Source of the DNA: a virus
Lineage: Duplodnaviria; Caudoviricetes
Strand: one strand, 5' to 3'
IMG/VR virus record: IMGVR_UViG_3300025372_000001
DNA length: 64,000 bases
This document shows positions 9,768 to 19,452 of the stretch, piece after piece. Under the pieces are notes generated by a model that had not been told where the DNA came from, did no database searches, and was given only the letters and a program-made list of their open reading frames with translations. The stretch's first letter is position 1; each line of letters opens with the position of its first letter. A program made the position numbers and the translations under genes.

Positions 9768-9918
9768 AGAAACTTTCAATGACATAGATAAAGAACTTTT
9801 TAAGCAATGTAAAAAGTTCTTGCCTTCTCTCCAGAAAGATGATAGTTTGGTTGATACATTAAGTTTAATGTTAGACGAGATTAAAAAAGAAATGGAAAGA
9901 GTTAGAGGAAAAGTATGA
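9760..9918 (+). CDS. Small hypothetical protein
   Basis: ATG overlapping upstream stop. Confidence 0.55.
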   Translation: MNKETFNDIDKELFKQCKKFLPSLQKDDSLVDTLSLMLDEIKKEMERVRGKV

Positions 9919-10163
9919 TTACAGAAAAACAATTAATTGAATTACACAATAAAGGCACAGTTTCTAAATTTGAGAGTTTTTATTATGTTCTAATTGATAC
10001 AATTCCAACTTATTCAGATATTATGAAAGCCAATTCATTACAGATTGCATTATCTGAATGGATGGAAATTTATTATATCAGATATGGAAAATTGGTAAAA
10101 AAAGGAATTCCGTATGGTGTTCCTATTATTTCCGAAGAAGAATGTTATGCAATGGGATTATGA
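9915..10163 (+). CDS. Hypothetical protein
   Basis: 82 aa, ATGA coupling. Confidence 0.65.
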   Translation: MITEKQLIELHNKGTVSKFESFYYVLIDTIPTYSDIMKANSLQIALSEWMEIYYIRYGKLVKKGIPYGVPIISEEECYAMGL

Positions 10164-10471
10164 AAGCAGTTGATATTTATATTCATCCTTCTAATTTTAT
10201 GAAGGAAGGAACACCAGTAAAAACTCATATTCTTTCTTATTTGCCTAAGAAAGATATTCCTGTTAATTTTATAGTATCTAACAGAGATTTAAATAATTTA
10301 CAGCAGGCATTAGCTGAAATGAATATTCGTAACAAGTATGAATTTGATATTTATCAATCAGAAACACGGCAAGAAGCTTCTGATAGAGTTAAGAAGATTG
10401 TACCTAAAGGACGTGTTCCGTCTTGGATGATTGATGCAGCCTTGCGTCAATTCAATAAAGAATTGAAGTAA
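10160..10471 (+). CDS. Hypothetical protein
   Basis: Start moved to MKAVDIY (ATGA coupling). Confidence 0.65.
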   Translation: MKAVDIYIHPSNFMKEGTPVKTHILSYLPKKDIPVNFIVSNRDLNNLQQALAEMNIRNKYEFDIYQSETRQEASDRVKKIVPKGRVPSWMIDAALRQFNKELK

Positions 10472-10760
10472 ACAATATTATGAACGAAACCAATGAATAT
10501 TTGCTTAAAAAAGAAAAAGATTTTTATATTCTTAGAGATGCAATGATCGAATTGACGCTTGCTCCTTTTGATGATCCTGATTGGTTCAGACAAAGAGCAA
10601 GAGCAGTATTAATCGAAATTGGATATATTGTAGAATAATATGAACGACGATAGAACAGAAAATGAATTACCTATCCCTTTATGGGAACACATTATCTTAT
10701 TCACAGAGGAAGAAGTGAAATTGGTAAATTGGGATAAAGTTTTTGACGAATGGTAAAAAT

Positions 10761-10955
10761 ATGAATTTAGTAAAAATATTATCCTTATTAGGTCTTTCCA
10801 AGAAAGAGGCGGTTCTTCGTTTAAGAAATAATCAAATTCGAATCAATGGGGAAATACATAATCTTAACGATCTTCTGAAAGTAGAAGATAAATATATTGA
10901 TCCTCCTCATACAGCATATTGTCAGATTTGTTGGAAATTTTTATTTAAAAAATGA
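10761..10955 (+). CDS. Small protein, possible S4-like RNA-binding domain
   Basis: LGLSKKEAVLRLRNNQIRING resembles S4 motif. Confidence 0.4.
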   Translation: MNLVKILSLLGLSKKEAVLRLRNNQIRINGEIHNLNDLLKVEDKYIDPPHTAYCQICWKFLFKK

Positions 10956-11248
10956 ATACTTTAGTAGAACTATCTAGTTTTAAGAATGGGCTTCCTTATG
11001 CTTTTGATAAAAAAATGGTTTGCCCGTTATGTAGTATTTCGACTATCTCTAATTGGAAATCCGAAAGACAAATTAACGAACCCGTTTTTCTAATAATCAG
11101 AACGAATAAAACTACTAATCAGAAATTTTTAGGTTGTCCGAATTTTCCTAAATGTAAACATTCTGATGATATTCTTTCTATTAGAAAAGAGAAACAAGAA
11201 AATGAGAGATTTAATTTCGATTGGAATGATGAATTAAGAGATTTTTAA
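10952..11248 (+). CDS. Topoisomerase-type C4 zinc-ribbon protein
   Basis: CPLC...KFLGCPNFPKCK. Confidence 0.7.
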   Translation: MNTLVELSSFKNGLPYAFDKKMVCPLCSISTISNWKSERQINEPVFLIIRTNKTTNQKFLGCPNFPKCKHSDDILSIRKEKQENERFNFDWNDELRDF

Positions 11249-11318
11249 CTTGACTCAACTTCTTCTTGTGTTATTATACAAATATAACCTTCATTCCTTA
11301 CCAGTTTAAATAGAAAAT

Positions 11319-11501
11319 ATGGAACCATATAGATACTCACCTTTCGATAAAAATAGTTGTTTTCGATTACATAATCCTGAAAATAATGTAACACAACAAA
11401 ATACACAGTATCATCATAGAGATGAAGAATATTCTGAATGTGATATAGAAGAAGAGGCTAAGATGATGTTTTCGTGGTTTGGAATTAAGATAGAAACATA
11501 A
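11319..11501 (+). CDS. Small hypothetical protein
   Basis: 60 aa downstream of TTGACT-16-TATTAT. Confidence 0.55.
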   Translation: MEPYRYSPFDKNSCFRLHNPENNVTQQNTQYHHRDEEYSECDIEEEAKMMFSWFGIKIET

Positions 11502-11505
11502 TTTT

Positions 11506-11895
11506 ATGACTTATAAACAATGGTTTTTAGATAAATTTAAAGCCTATCCTGGTGCTTCTTGTCGTTTTGACTTCATTCTGGAAAGTTTAGTCAAAAGAAA
11601 AGGGTTTCATGGGTTTATTCCAAAATTAGAAGAACCTTGTTTCCGTTGTTCTGGTTATGGCGGTTATAAGGTTTCAAGTGGTCCATATGATTGTTGTGAT
11701 TGGGAAACTTGTGATTTATGTAAAGGATCAGGTAAGTTGCTTAAACATTATTATAAAACTTGGTTCAAGGAATTTAAAGAAAAAGAAAAAGAACGAAAAC
11801 TTAAAGAGAGAAATATTGCTAAGGAGTTGACCCGAATTAAATCGAAGATTACTAAAAAAGAATTAGAATTTTTATTGACCCATATCGAAAAATGA
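11506..11895 (+). CDS. Hypothetical protein with DnaJ-type zinc-finger motifs
   Basis: CFRCSGYG and CDLCKGSG. Confidence 0.65.
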   Translation: MTYKQWFLDKFKAYPGASCRFDFILESLVKRKGFHGFIPKLEEPCFRCSGYGGYKVSSGPYDCCDWETCDLCKGSGKLLKHYYKTWFKEFKEKEKERKLKERNIAKELTRIKSKITKKELEFLLTHIEK

Positions 11896-12080
11896 TTACG
11901 AAAGAACAATTAAGTTTTAGTTTTGATACGAGTCATTTGAAATGGACTCCTGTTCCTGATTATCCTTCCACTATTGACGAAAATGTAACAGAGGAAGATA
12001 TTCAAAAAGCCATTGATTTACATCGTTCAAAATGTAAAGAACGTTATGATGCTTATAGAGATTTGTTAGATTCCTTATGA
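11892..12080 (+). CDS. Small hypothetical protein
   Basis: 62 aa, coupled. Confidence 0.6.
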   Translation: MITKEQLSFSFDTSHLKWTPVPDYPSTIDENVTEEDIQKAIDLHRSKCKERYDAYRDLLDSL

Positions 12081-12266
12081 AACAAGAACACATTCAACAT
12101 TATTTGGAAGATTTAAAATCAACTTGGGATTTTACTCAGGAAGAATTAAATGATATTAGAGATAAAATGGCTAATTATGCATTAGCTGCTCTCATGGATT
12201 CAAAAGTGAGAGAAGAAGCATTTGAAATTTGTAAAGAATATTAACATGAAAAATTTGTAAAATAAT

Positions 12267-12527
12267 ATGGGATTCATGGCAGAACGATCCGAAGATAAAT
12301 GGTTAAATTTAACCTCAACAGAATCAATTATGAAAAATTTATTTTTAGTTGTATATGATAGTGACCAATCTCCTATTGGGATTTTTGATTATGCAACTTT
12401 ATGTATAGAGTTTAACATTTCTCGAACAGAAGAAGAATTAACTATGGTTTATCGTTGGTATCGAGAATATTACAATGAAACTTTGATTAATGTTATTCAT
12501 ATTAGAGGAAATAGATGGTTGCCTTAA
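12267..12527 (+). CDS. Hypothetical protein
   Basis: 86-aa ORF; start uncertain. Confidence 0.55.
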   Translation: MGFMAERSEDKWLNLTSTESIMKNLFLVVYDSDQSPIGIFDYATLCIEFNISRTEEELTMVYRWYREYYNETLINVIHIRGNRWLP

Positions 12528-12531
12528 TAAT

Positions 12532-12852
12532 ATGTTTTCTTTAAAAGCTATACCCCCTGAACATGAAGATACTTCAATTGTTCGTGTTAAAACATCTGCA
12601 TGGATTTCTGATAAAGGAATTATCTCTCTAAGAAAAGATATTATTCCCGTTAAACGAAAGTCTAAAGGTTATCAAATCTTACAAGAAGATGCGGCAAATA
12701 TTGGTGCATTGGATGTTGTCGATAAGATTATCAATCTAGATGAAATCTCTGATGGATTATATGAAGTAATAACTGTTAATGAATTTCGAGATTGGGAAAG
12801 CGGTTATATAGAAGATTATGACTATAAGTTAATTCCTTTCGATAATAAGTAA
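12532..12852 (+). CDS. Hypothetical protein
   Basis: Start moved to MFSLKA. Confidence 0.7.
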   Translation: MFSLKAIPPEHEDTSIVRVKTSAWISDKGIISLRKDIIPVKRKSKGYQILQEDAANIGALDVVDKIINLDEISDGLYEVITVNEFRDWESGYIEDYDYKLIPFDNK

Positions 12853-12858
12853 AATATT

Positions 12859-13458
12859 ATGAATAAAAGAACCTTTATTAAAAATTTATCATTAACAGTA
12901 TTAACAAGTTTATTACCTAATATTGCTATCTCTTCTCAATCATATAATGTTCCTACGAAAGAAATTATGACGAAGTGGTATCCTATATTAGCATTCAAAG
13001 ATAATACTATTAATCCCTTAGTTAAACTAGAAACAGCTATTCCTTTAAAGGATCAAGAGTATATCTATGATTATTCTTTCCTTATTCCAAAGGAACAAGT
13101 GTATCAATGTGTGAACGAAATGGAGACGCTTGAAATTAAATGTAAAGCTTTAGAGAAATTAGAATTATCCCGACAAATTAGAAGAGTACTACATTTAGGT
13201 ATTCCTTCAATTCGTCGTAGATTTGGTAAAAAAGATAATATAGAAACCGATTCTTTGATTCTTTTTAAAGAGGTAAACGAGAAAGGTATTTTAGTTAATT
13301 TAGAAAAATCTAAATGGGATGATCTTTTTATTAGTTGGAATGCATGGATACTCGCAAAAGATATTACTTCTTGGACTTCTATGCCATATGATACCGTCTT
13401 CGTTGATTATATCAGGGACGAACAATATCGGTTGACACCAGTGAATAAGGTGGTATAA
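12859..13458 (+). CDS. Hypothetical protein with Tat-like N-terminus
   Basis: MNKRTFIKNLSL... Confidence 0.7.
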   Translation: MNKRTFIKNLSLTVLTSLLPNIAISSQSYNVPTKEIMTKWYPILAFKDNTINPLVKLETAIPLKDQEYIYDYSFLIPKEQVYQCVNEMETLEIKCKALEKLELSRQIRRVLHLGIPSIRRRFGKKDNIETDSLILFKEVNEKGILVNLEKSKWDDLFISWNAWILAKDITSWTSMPYDTVFVDYIRDEQYRLTPVNKVV

Positions 13459-13464
13459 TCCTTC

Positions 13465-14025
13465 ATGAACCTTTCTGCTCTTCTAAAGAAACTTGCTATT
13501 TTTAATCATATTGAAGATAGTCCTTCTGAACAAAAATTTAAACCTGTGAAAACATCCACCCTCCGTGAATTAGTAGATAACTATCTAATTGCTGAAACCC
13601 TTGAAGATAAAGAGCGTCTTTTAAAGTTAATTAAAGATCGTTTGGAAGATTTTTTCGATAAAGTTTATCAGTTATATAAGGCTCATGGAGTTGTTCCGAT
13701 AAAATGGAATTTTTATCAGGGTAAACCTAGTTCCGCTTATTCCTCTTATGGATATGGTTATTGGACAAACCTTCATATCGGAATTAATAAAATTTATCAT
13801 GAACATCGTTCTGGTTACTCATATAATAATGTTATCGCTGAATGGTTTACTATTGATGAAGTAGATAATTTTGGTTCATGCGAATTACAAGTGGGACTTA
13901 AAAAGAAACAAATTGAGCTTCTTCAACAAGAAGTAGAGGAGATTAAAAGTAGATGTCCTGCCACTATCAAAGAAAAAGAACAAAAAATAGAGAAACTTAA
14001 AAAGGCGCTTGACACTGGTAAATAA
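13465..14025 (+). CDS. Hypothetical protein with C-terminal coiled coil
   Basis: 186-aa ORF. Confidence 0.75.
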   Translation: MNLSALLKKLAIFNHIEDSPSEQKFKPVKTSTLRELVDNYLIAETLEDKERLLKLIKDRLEDFFDKVYQLYKAHGVVPIKWNFYQGKPSSAYSSYGYGYWTNLHIGINKIYHEHRSGYSYNNVIAEWFTIDEVDNFGSCELQVGLKKKQIELLQQEVEEIKSRCPATIKEKEQKIEKLKKALDTGK

Positions 14026-14036
14026 AGTGGTATAAT
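14009..14036 (+). promoter_or_regulatory. sigma70-type promoter for tRNA-Glu
   Basis: TTGACA-16-TATAAT with extended TG. Confidence 0.85.
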
Positions 14037-14048
14037 AACTCTCATTAA

Positions 14049-14122
14049 GACGGTGTAGTTTATTGGTAAAACAGTCCCCTTTCACGGGACTGAACCGAGT
14101 TCGATTCTCGGCTCCGTCGCCA
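14049..14122 (+). tRNA. tRNA-Glu(TTC)
   Basis: Complete cloverleaf: GTCCC-CTTTCAC-GGGAC anticodon arm, CCGAG-TTCGATT-CTCGG T arm, G73, encoded CCA. Confidence 0.95.
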
Positions 14123-14140
14123 ATTTAAACAAATTCAATA

Positions 14141-14410
14141 ATGAATAGTAAAGAAACATTAGAACAAGTTCGTAATCTCTTATCCCGAATGTGGTTTCAC
14201 GATCAAGACGGTTCTACATTATATCCTGTTCCCGCTAGATATTGGGATTCCCCTACTCATTTCGATTGGGCGAAATATTCCCAAGCCCGTAATAGTTACG
14301 AAGAAATTCATAATAAAGAGGCTAATGAATCCTTTCTTTTTGAAATCATTCATAATGAAGTTCTACCTTTAATTGATAAACAACTTTCAAATTTGACTAA
14401 TAATGAATAG
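14141..14410 (+). CDS. Hypothetical protein
   Basis: 89 aa. Confidence 0.7.
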   Translation: MNSKETLEQVRNLLSRMWFHDQDGSTLYPVPARYWDSPTHFDWAKYSQARNSYEEIHNKEANESFLFEIIHNEVLPLIDKQLSNLTNNE

Positions 14411-14636
14411 TAAATTTGAAACCAATCATCCTGCTAAGTTTGGATATTACTGGATCAAGAAAAACGAAGATGCTTGTTTTGAGCTTTATAAATTAACTCC
14501 TTCAAAACAATTTACAAACGATAATAGAAGTGTCGAAATTTGGGAATGTCCCGGAATAGGGCGAACATATCTTGATTGGAATAATTTTCCTTCTTGGCAA
14601 TGGATTCCAATAGAATTGCCAGCTAACAGCTCCTAA
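14403..14636 (+). CDS. Hypothetical protein
   Basis: 77 aa. Confidence 0.7.
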   Translation: MNSKFETNHPAKFGYYWIKKNEDACFELYKLTPSKQFTNDNRSVEIWECPGIGRTYLDWNNFPSWQWIPIELPANSS

Positions 14637-14639
14637 TAT

Positions 14640-14864
14640 ATGATATTTCTACGAAAGAAAGATAATAGTGAAGTTATTCACAACATCTGGCGTGCCATTC
14701 ATACAGGAGAAGATGTTGTCATTGACGATTTAGATATTTTAGATACGATCATCTTTGATCCTGATTGCCCTTCTGATTTAAGATTTAAAGGTAGAAATGA
14801 ATATACTCTTGGACTTACCAGTGTTAAAGGTATGAGAGAGTTTGGATATGACGTTTTAGAATAA
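14640..14864 (+). CDS. Hypothetical protein
   Basis: 74 aa. Confidence 0.7.
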   Translation: MIFLRKKDNSEVIHNIWRAIHTGEDVVIDDLDILDTIIFDPDCPSDLRFKGRNEYTLGLTSVKGMREFGYDVLE

Positions 14865-14865
14865 A

Positions 14866-15312
14866 ATGAAAACTTTAATAACAGGACATAGATTACATAA
14901 ACTGTTATCGTATGATATTGAATGGATCAAACTGGCTATTGGAGAAGCATTAGATTCCACATTTCTTGATTATACAACTTATGGTCTATCAGGAATGGCA
15001 AGTGGCGTTGATTTATGGTTCTGCAAAGAATTAAAAGAAAGAGTGATACCTTATGCTGCCTGTATTCCATTTGAAGGGCAAGAGGAAACGATGGATGAAG
15101 AGTCTGCTACTTGGAGACGGATTTTAATCAAACGTGCAGCAGAAGTGCTTTCTATTAGAAATTCAGCCATGGTGGAGAAAGCTGATGCTGCCTTAGTAGT
15201 TTGGGATGGAAACAAAGGCGGAACACATAATGTTTTTCAACAATTGGTAGAACATAATAAACCTTTCGTTTGGATCAATCCTGTCGGAAAAAAGATTTTT
15301 GAAATAAGATGA
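14866..15312 (+). CDS. SLOG-superfamily protein (DUF1273/YspA-like)
   Basis: ITGHR, SGMASGVDLW, VWDGNKGGT motifs. Confidence 0.8.
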   Translation: MKTLITGHRLHKLLSYDIEWIKLAIGEALDSTFLDYTTYGLSGMASGVDLWFCKELKERVIPYAACIPFEGQEETMDEESATWRRILIKRAAEVLSIRNSAMVEKADAALVVWDGNKGGTHNVFQQLVEHNKPFVWINPVGKKIFEIR

Positions 15313-15491
15313 GAACCCAACGACAACTAGAAGCCATTGAAGAATTGAAACAATGGATTAAAAAATATGATGTGGAATTTGAAGCTGATGATCCTCTTTG
15401 TTCCGTATATGCAGTGTTTAATGGTATTGATGGGCCACATAGACTTCTTTGGTTAAAGAGAGAAATACTTTTTAAAGATGAAACAGAATAA
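15309..15491 (+). CDS. Small hypothetical protein
   Basis: 60 aa, coupled. Confidence 0.6.
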   Translation: MRTQRQLEAIEELKQWIKKYDVEFEADDPLCSVYAVFNGIDGPHRLLWLKREILFKDETE

Positions 15492-15514
15492 TCTTTGTGT
15501 TATATTAGTTCATC

Positions 15515-15730
15515 ATGAAAACAGAAAATGTTAAACTAACTGGCAATATCACCGCCGCTCATGGCAACGGTTTCTATCGTGTCCAATGTGATAAACTCCC
15601 CAATGGAGTTATTTGCACCCTTGCAGGTAAAATGTCTAAAGGTTACAATAAACCTGATGTAGGCGATAATGTCAAATTTGAAGTAAGTCCCACTGATGTA
15701 TCAAAAGGAAGAATCATTGCAAAATGGTAA
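15515..15730 (+). CDS. infA: Translation initiation factor IF-1 homolog
   Basis: 71 aa; FYRV...LAGKM...GDNVKFEVSPTDVSKGRI matches IF-1 pattern. Confidence 0.85.
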   Translation: MKTENVKLTGNITAAHGNGFYRVQCDKLPNGVICTLAGKMSKGYNKPDVGDNVKFEVSPTDVSKGRIIAKW

Positions 15731-15755
15731 TTCTTCCTTAAAGATAAATAAAGGT

Positions 15756-16490
15756 ATGAACTTCACAGAACATTTCCTTTTACACGAAAGACAACATTTT
15801 ATTAAACTTGCTAAACTTACTGAAATTATCATTTCTAAGTTAGAAGAGAAAATTCGTCAGAAGAAAAACGGTGTTCGTTCAGGAACAACTTTCACTATTC
15901 CTATTGGAAAATTTTATGACTTAGATATTAAGTTTTATAAAGGATATTCTAGGCGAACCCATGCACAAAGAAAAGAACATGCATGGGGAGATACTAATGT
16001 TCAAGCCATTTATTATCCCGAAACCACCGAAACCAATGGAACAATTGAAATTTATTTCAATCCTGCAAAATCAGGAGAATATTATTATAAAGATAAAAAA
16101 TTTGAAGACATTATAGATGGTTCTCTTCCTAAATTCATCAAAGATGCATTAAGACATGAAATTTCTCATGCATACGAAGATATAGTTAAAAACGTATCAA
16201 AATATAAAGAAAATGATTATTCCGTAACAAATGATTATTACAATCAAGATGAAGAATTAAATGCAAATCTAAGTCAATTCCTTAATTCTGAATTATCCGT
16301 TAATGCAGATATTATGTATAAAATTTCCGAAGGAGATATTAATGGAGCAGTAAATGCATATATCAGAAAACTTAAAACTTCTGAATTCATTAAACATGTT
16401 ACTCCGCAAAATAAAATTTGGATCATTAAAACCATTTATACTTTTGTAACAGGTTTAGTTGAACAAAGCAAAGCCAAATTACCTTCTTAA
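15756..16490 (+). CDS. Late protein with HExxH zinc-metalloprotease motif
   Basis: TAAATA 15745-15750; LRHEISHAYE. Confidence 0.65.
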   Translation: MNFTEHFLLHERQHFIKLAKLTEIIISKLEEKIRQKKNGVRSGTTFTIPIGKFYDLDIKFYKGYSRRTHAQRKEHAWGDTNVQAIYYPETTETNGTIEIYFNPAKSGEYYYKDKKFEDIIDGSLPKFIKDALRHEISHAYEDIVKNVSKYKENDYSVTNDYYNQDEELNANLSQFLNSELSVNADIMYKISEGDINGAVNAYIRKLKTSEFIKHVTPQNKIWIIKTIYTFVTGLVEQSKAKLPS

Positions 16491-16545
16491 TTGTCATAAT
16501 AAAGATTGAAAAATATCTAATTGTTGTTAATAAGTAGGAATTAAT

Positions 16546-17598
16546 ATGGCATTCCTCTCTGATATTCTTTTCATTCTAAAACGACGTGATGGTTATAATC
16601 CTCAAACAGATTACACCCATTCCTTAAGTACTGGACTTAGTAATTCTTGTTCTTTCATTGATACAATGTTGAAGAACAATGATGTTCTTTCTAATATTGA
16701 AATCGTCAATGATAATAATGATATTGACCGAGTTGTTACTCTTCATAAGCCAAGACGGGTTATTATAGAAGCCTTATGGGTTACGCCTGAAAAGTTTAAA
16801 GTTCTAAATAAACTACATCCAGATGTAATATGGGTTGTACGGCTTCATAGTGAAATTCCTTTCCTTGCCAATGAAGGTATTGCTATTCAATGGATCAATC
16901 AATATCTAACATATCCAAATGTCTATGTTGCTGCTAATTCAGATGTCATCTTTGAAGAACTTCAACATTATGTTAAATCATATAGAAAGGGATATAATAA
17001 AAAATTAGTTTATCTTCCTAATCATTATGAATTAAAAGATATAACAAAATATATTAAAATAATTGATAAAGATTGGATTGATGTTTCATGTTTTGGAGCA
17101 ATCAGACCTTTGAAGAATCATATGATTCAAGCATTAGCGGCTTTGAAGTTTGCTAATAAGATTGGTAAGAAATTGAGATTTCATATTAATTCGGAAAGAA
17201 CGGAACAAAAAGGTGATTCGATTTTAAAGAATTTGATTAGTTTCTTCGATGGATTAAAAGGGCAAGGGCATGAATTAGTGATGCATGAATGGAAGACTTA
17301 TGAAGAATTTTTAATTTTGTGTAGAAGTATGGATATAGGAATGCAATGTAGTTTTTCTGAGACATTTAATATTGTTGCAGCGGACCATATTAATATGGGT
17401 GTGCCCGTGGTTGTTACTGATGAAATTCCTTGGGCATGTTCCTTGTTTACTGCCAATGCAACTAATAGTGATGATATTTGTAAGAAATTAAGAAGAGCAT
17501 ATAAATGGGCAGATTACAATGTTTACTTTAATAAGAAAAATATTAAAAAGTATAATGAAGAAGCAGAAGAATATTGGATGAAGTTTCTCTTGCATTAA
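16546..17598 (+). CDS. Glycosyltransferase (GT-B / GT4-like)
   Basis: FGAIRPLKN...SFSETFNIVAADHINMGVPVV. Confidence 0.75.
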   Translation: MAFLSDILFILKRRDGYNPQTDYTHSLSTGLSNSCSFIDTMLKNNDVLSNIEIVNDNNDIDRVVTLHKPRRVIIEALWVTPEKFKVLNKLHPDVIWVVRLHSEIPFLANEGIAIQWINQYLTYPNVYVAANSDVIFEELQHYVKSYRKGYNKKLVYLPNHYELKDITKYIKIIDKDWIDVSCFGAIRPLKNHMIQALAALKFANKIGKKLRFHINSERTEQKGDSILKNLISFFDGLKGQGHELVMHEWKTYEEFLILCRSMDIGMQCSFSETFNIVAADHINMGVPVVVTDEIPWACSLFTANATNSDDICKKLRRAYKWADYNVYFNKKNIKKYNEEAEEYWMKFLLH

Positions 17599-17604
17599 GA
17601 GCGA

Positions 17605-17859
17605 ATGAGGTTATGTTTGTGTATGACTGCGGAAAATTTTGAACAAACGCGACAATTCTTACAAGAGAACACCCAAACATACGATCAAGTAATTGAGGAT
17701 ATGAAGCAGCATAAAGAGCAATATAGTCCTACGGAAGGAAATATTGTTAGTTTTCTTCCTATTCTACATAATAAAAACGTATTGTTAATGCAATTCTATG
17801 GATATTCTATTAACTTGAATGCAGATGGAACGTGGATTTTTGAGGATACTGCTGGATAA
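17605..17859 (+). CDS. Hypothetical protein
   Basis: 84 aa. Confidence 0.6.
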   Translation: MRLCLCMTAENFEQTRQFLQENTQTYDQVIEDMKQHKEQYSPTEGNIVSFLPILHNKNVLLMQFYGYSINLNADGTWIFEDTAG

Positions 17860-17862
17860 TAT

Positions 17863-18090
17863 ATGAAAAATCTTAAGAAAGTCGTGTGGTTCCATTACAA
17901 CAAGCCCTATTCTAGAAAATACGGTGTTGATAAATGGACGGTTCATTGGCAAGGAAGTTGTCACATTGTCGATCAAATTCATTGTTATATTCCCACCTTT
18001 TCTAAAAATAGAAAAACTCAACCAAAAGTAGTAATGCGAGGAATGGCATCAGAAGTCCTCATAGAAGATGGAATAATTACCATTCGTTAA
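17863..18090 (+). CDS. Hypothetical protein
   Basis: 75 aa. Confidence 0.7.
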   Translation: MKNLKKVVWFHYNKPYSRKYGVDKWTVHWQGSCHIVDQIHCYIPTFSKNRKTQPKVVMRGMASEVLIEDGIITIR

Positions 18091-18097
18091 CAATAAA

Positions 18098-18129
18098 AAA
18101 AAAGCCGGAAATTTCTTTCCGGCTTTTTT
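18098..18129. terminator. Bidirectional intrinsic terminator
   Basis: AAAAAAGCCGGAAA-TTTC-TTTCCGGCTTTTTT between convergent genes. Confidence 0.9.
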
Positions 18130-18150
18130 GTTTTTATATATTATAATTTA

Positions 18151-18825
18151 TTAAGGTGTAGTAATGCCACAATTAGTTCCACCAGTATTATTAAGAATAG
18201 TATTCTCATAACCAGCATATACTAGATCAGTAGTAGATAATGCACTAGTATCAATTGAACCACTATCAAAATTGAGAACGGGACGCCACATTTGATATTG
18301 TAATCCAACAGTAAATTGAGTCTTTTGAATTTCAGTTTGATCATATTCAATAGGACCAACACTTTGAGGGAATACCCCAATTAAACGATACACACGTATG
18401 ATTTTACACTGTGGAGACAGAACCGCTATGTCGATACTGGAAGAGTCACAAGGGAAGTTAAACTGCCCACAAGACGTATCCTCGTTGATGGTGGCAAAAG
18501 ACCAGCGTTCAAAGGCATTACGCACAAGATAGTCACCAGGAGTAGAGAAGGTGATTTGCCATGGATTAGGTTCATAACTGGCTTGACCTGGAATCTTAAA
18601 TTTAAATCCTTGATAAGGAATATCAATACTATCAATATTGCGACCTGGAATTGAGTAAGTGGTAGCATAAAGATAACCACCTGCTCCTACTGGATTATCA
18701 ATTAATTCTGCCCTGACATAAGCAGGAACCCCAGGACCGACATCAAGAATACGCACTTGATTCTGTCTAGAGAAATCGTGTTGTTGAAAAATCTGTTTTG
18801 CTTTTTGAATAGAACCGAGAGCCAT
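18151..18825 (-). CDS. Tail tube protein (T4 gp19-like)
   Basis: SIPGRNIDSIDIPYQG..FKIPG..SY..PWQITF...RNAFERW...GVFPQSVGPIEYD; TAAATA upstream. Confidence 0.8.
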   Translation of the reverse strand: MALGSIQKAKQIFQQHDFSRQNQVRILDVGPGVPAYVRAELIDNPVGAGGYLYATTYSIPGRNIDSIDIPYQGFKFKIPGQASYEPNPWQITFSTPGDYLVRNAFERWSFATINEDTSCGQFNFPCDSSSIDIAVLSPQCKIIRVYRLIGVFPQSVGPIEYDQTEIQKTQFTVGLQYQMWRPVLNFDSGSIDTSALSTTDLVYAGYENTILNNTGGTNCGITTP

Positions 18826-18868
18826 GATTATAATTATTTATCATGGTTTTCCTCATTTCAGAAAAAAC

Positions 18869-18908
18869 AAAAAAACCATAAGAGGAACTAGCCCCTTATG
18901 GTTTTTTT
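18869..18908. terminator. Intrinsic terminator downstream of hsp20
   Basis: AAAAAAACCATAAG...CTTATGGTTTTTTT. Confidence 0.8.
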
Positions 18909-18929
18909 GACTTATACTATTATCTGTTA

Positions 18930-19382
18930 TTAACCGATATTAATATTTGTTTTTGTTGATTTCTTTTCTTCTGGTTTTTTAACCGGAAGGGTGATCTTAA
19001 GTAAACCATCTTCAAATACTGAAGAGATTTTACTTTGTTCAAAATGGTCGTCGATATACCATTTCTGTGTAATAGCCTTCTTACGAATAGACTCTTTCAC
19101 ATATTGAACGTCTTTAACTTTGTCATGTTTCTTGACAGAGAGAACAAGAGAACCATCCTCAATTGAGAGAGAAATGTCTTCTTTCTTGTATCCTGCAAGA
19201 GGAACTTCGACAATAAGATTACCTTCTTTGTTGTAATATTGATCAGTTGGATAGGGATCAGTATTTAATGAATTGAAGATACTTTGAAAATCTGATCCAA
19301 ATAGATCAGAAACAAATTTATCTAATTCAGTTGTGCTTGTCCAAAATGGAAAAGCCCGATTTGTTAGGTTTAGTGTATTCAT
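18930..19382 (-). CDS. Small heat-shock protein (Hsp20 family)
   Basis: VEVPLAGYKKEDISL...FEDGLLKITLP. Confidence 0.9.
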   Translation of the reverse strand: MNTLNLTNRAFPFWTSTTELDKFVSDLFGSDFQSIFNSLNTDPYPTDQYYNKEGNLIVEVPLAGYKKEDISLSIEDGSLVLSVKKHDKVKDVQYVKESIRKKAITQKWYIDDHFEQSKISSVFEDGLLKITLPVKKPEEKKSTKTNINIG

Positions 19383-19452
19383 TTTTTGTTTGTTTTTGTT
19401 TATCAGATAATTTTCCCTTTCGGCAAAAATTATCCATAAAATCTTTTTTTAT

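Noticed and set aside
12859-13458. Similarity to T4 gp23 N-terminus (TKWYPIL...IPSIRRR)
   Set aside because: Only two short motif echoes in a 199-aa protein; needs a profile search
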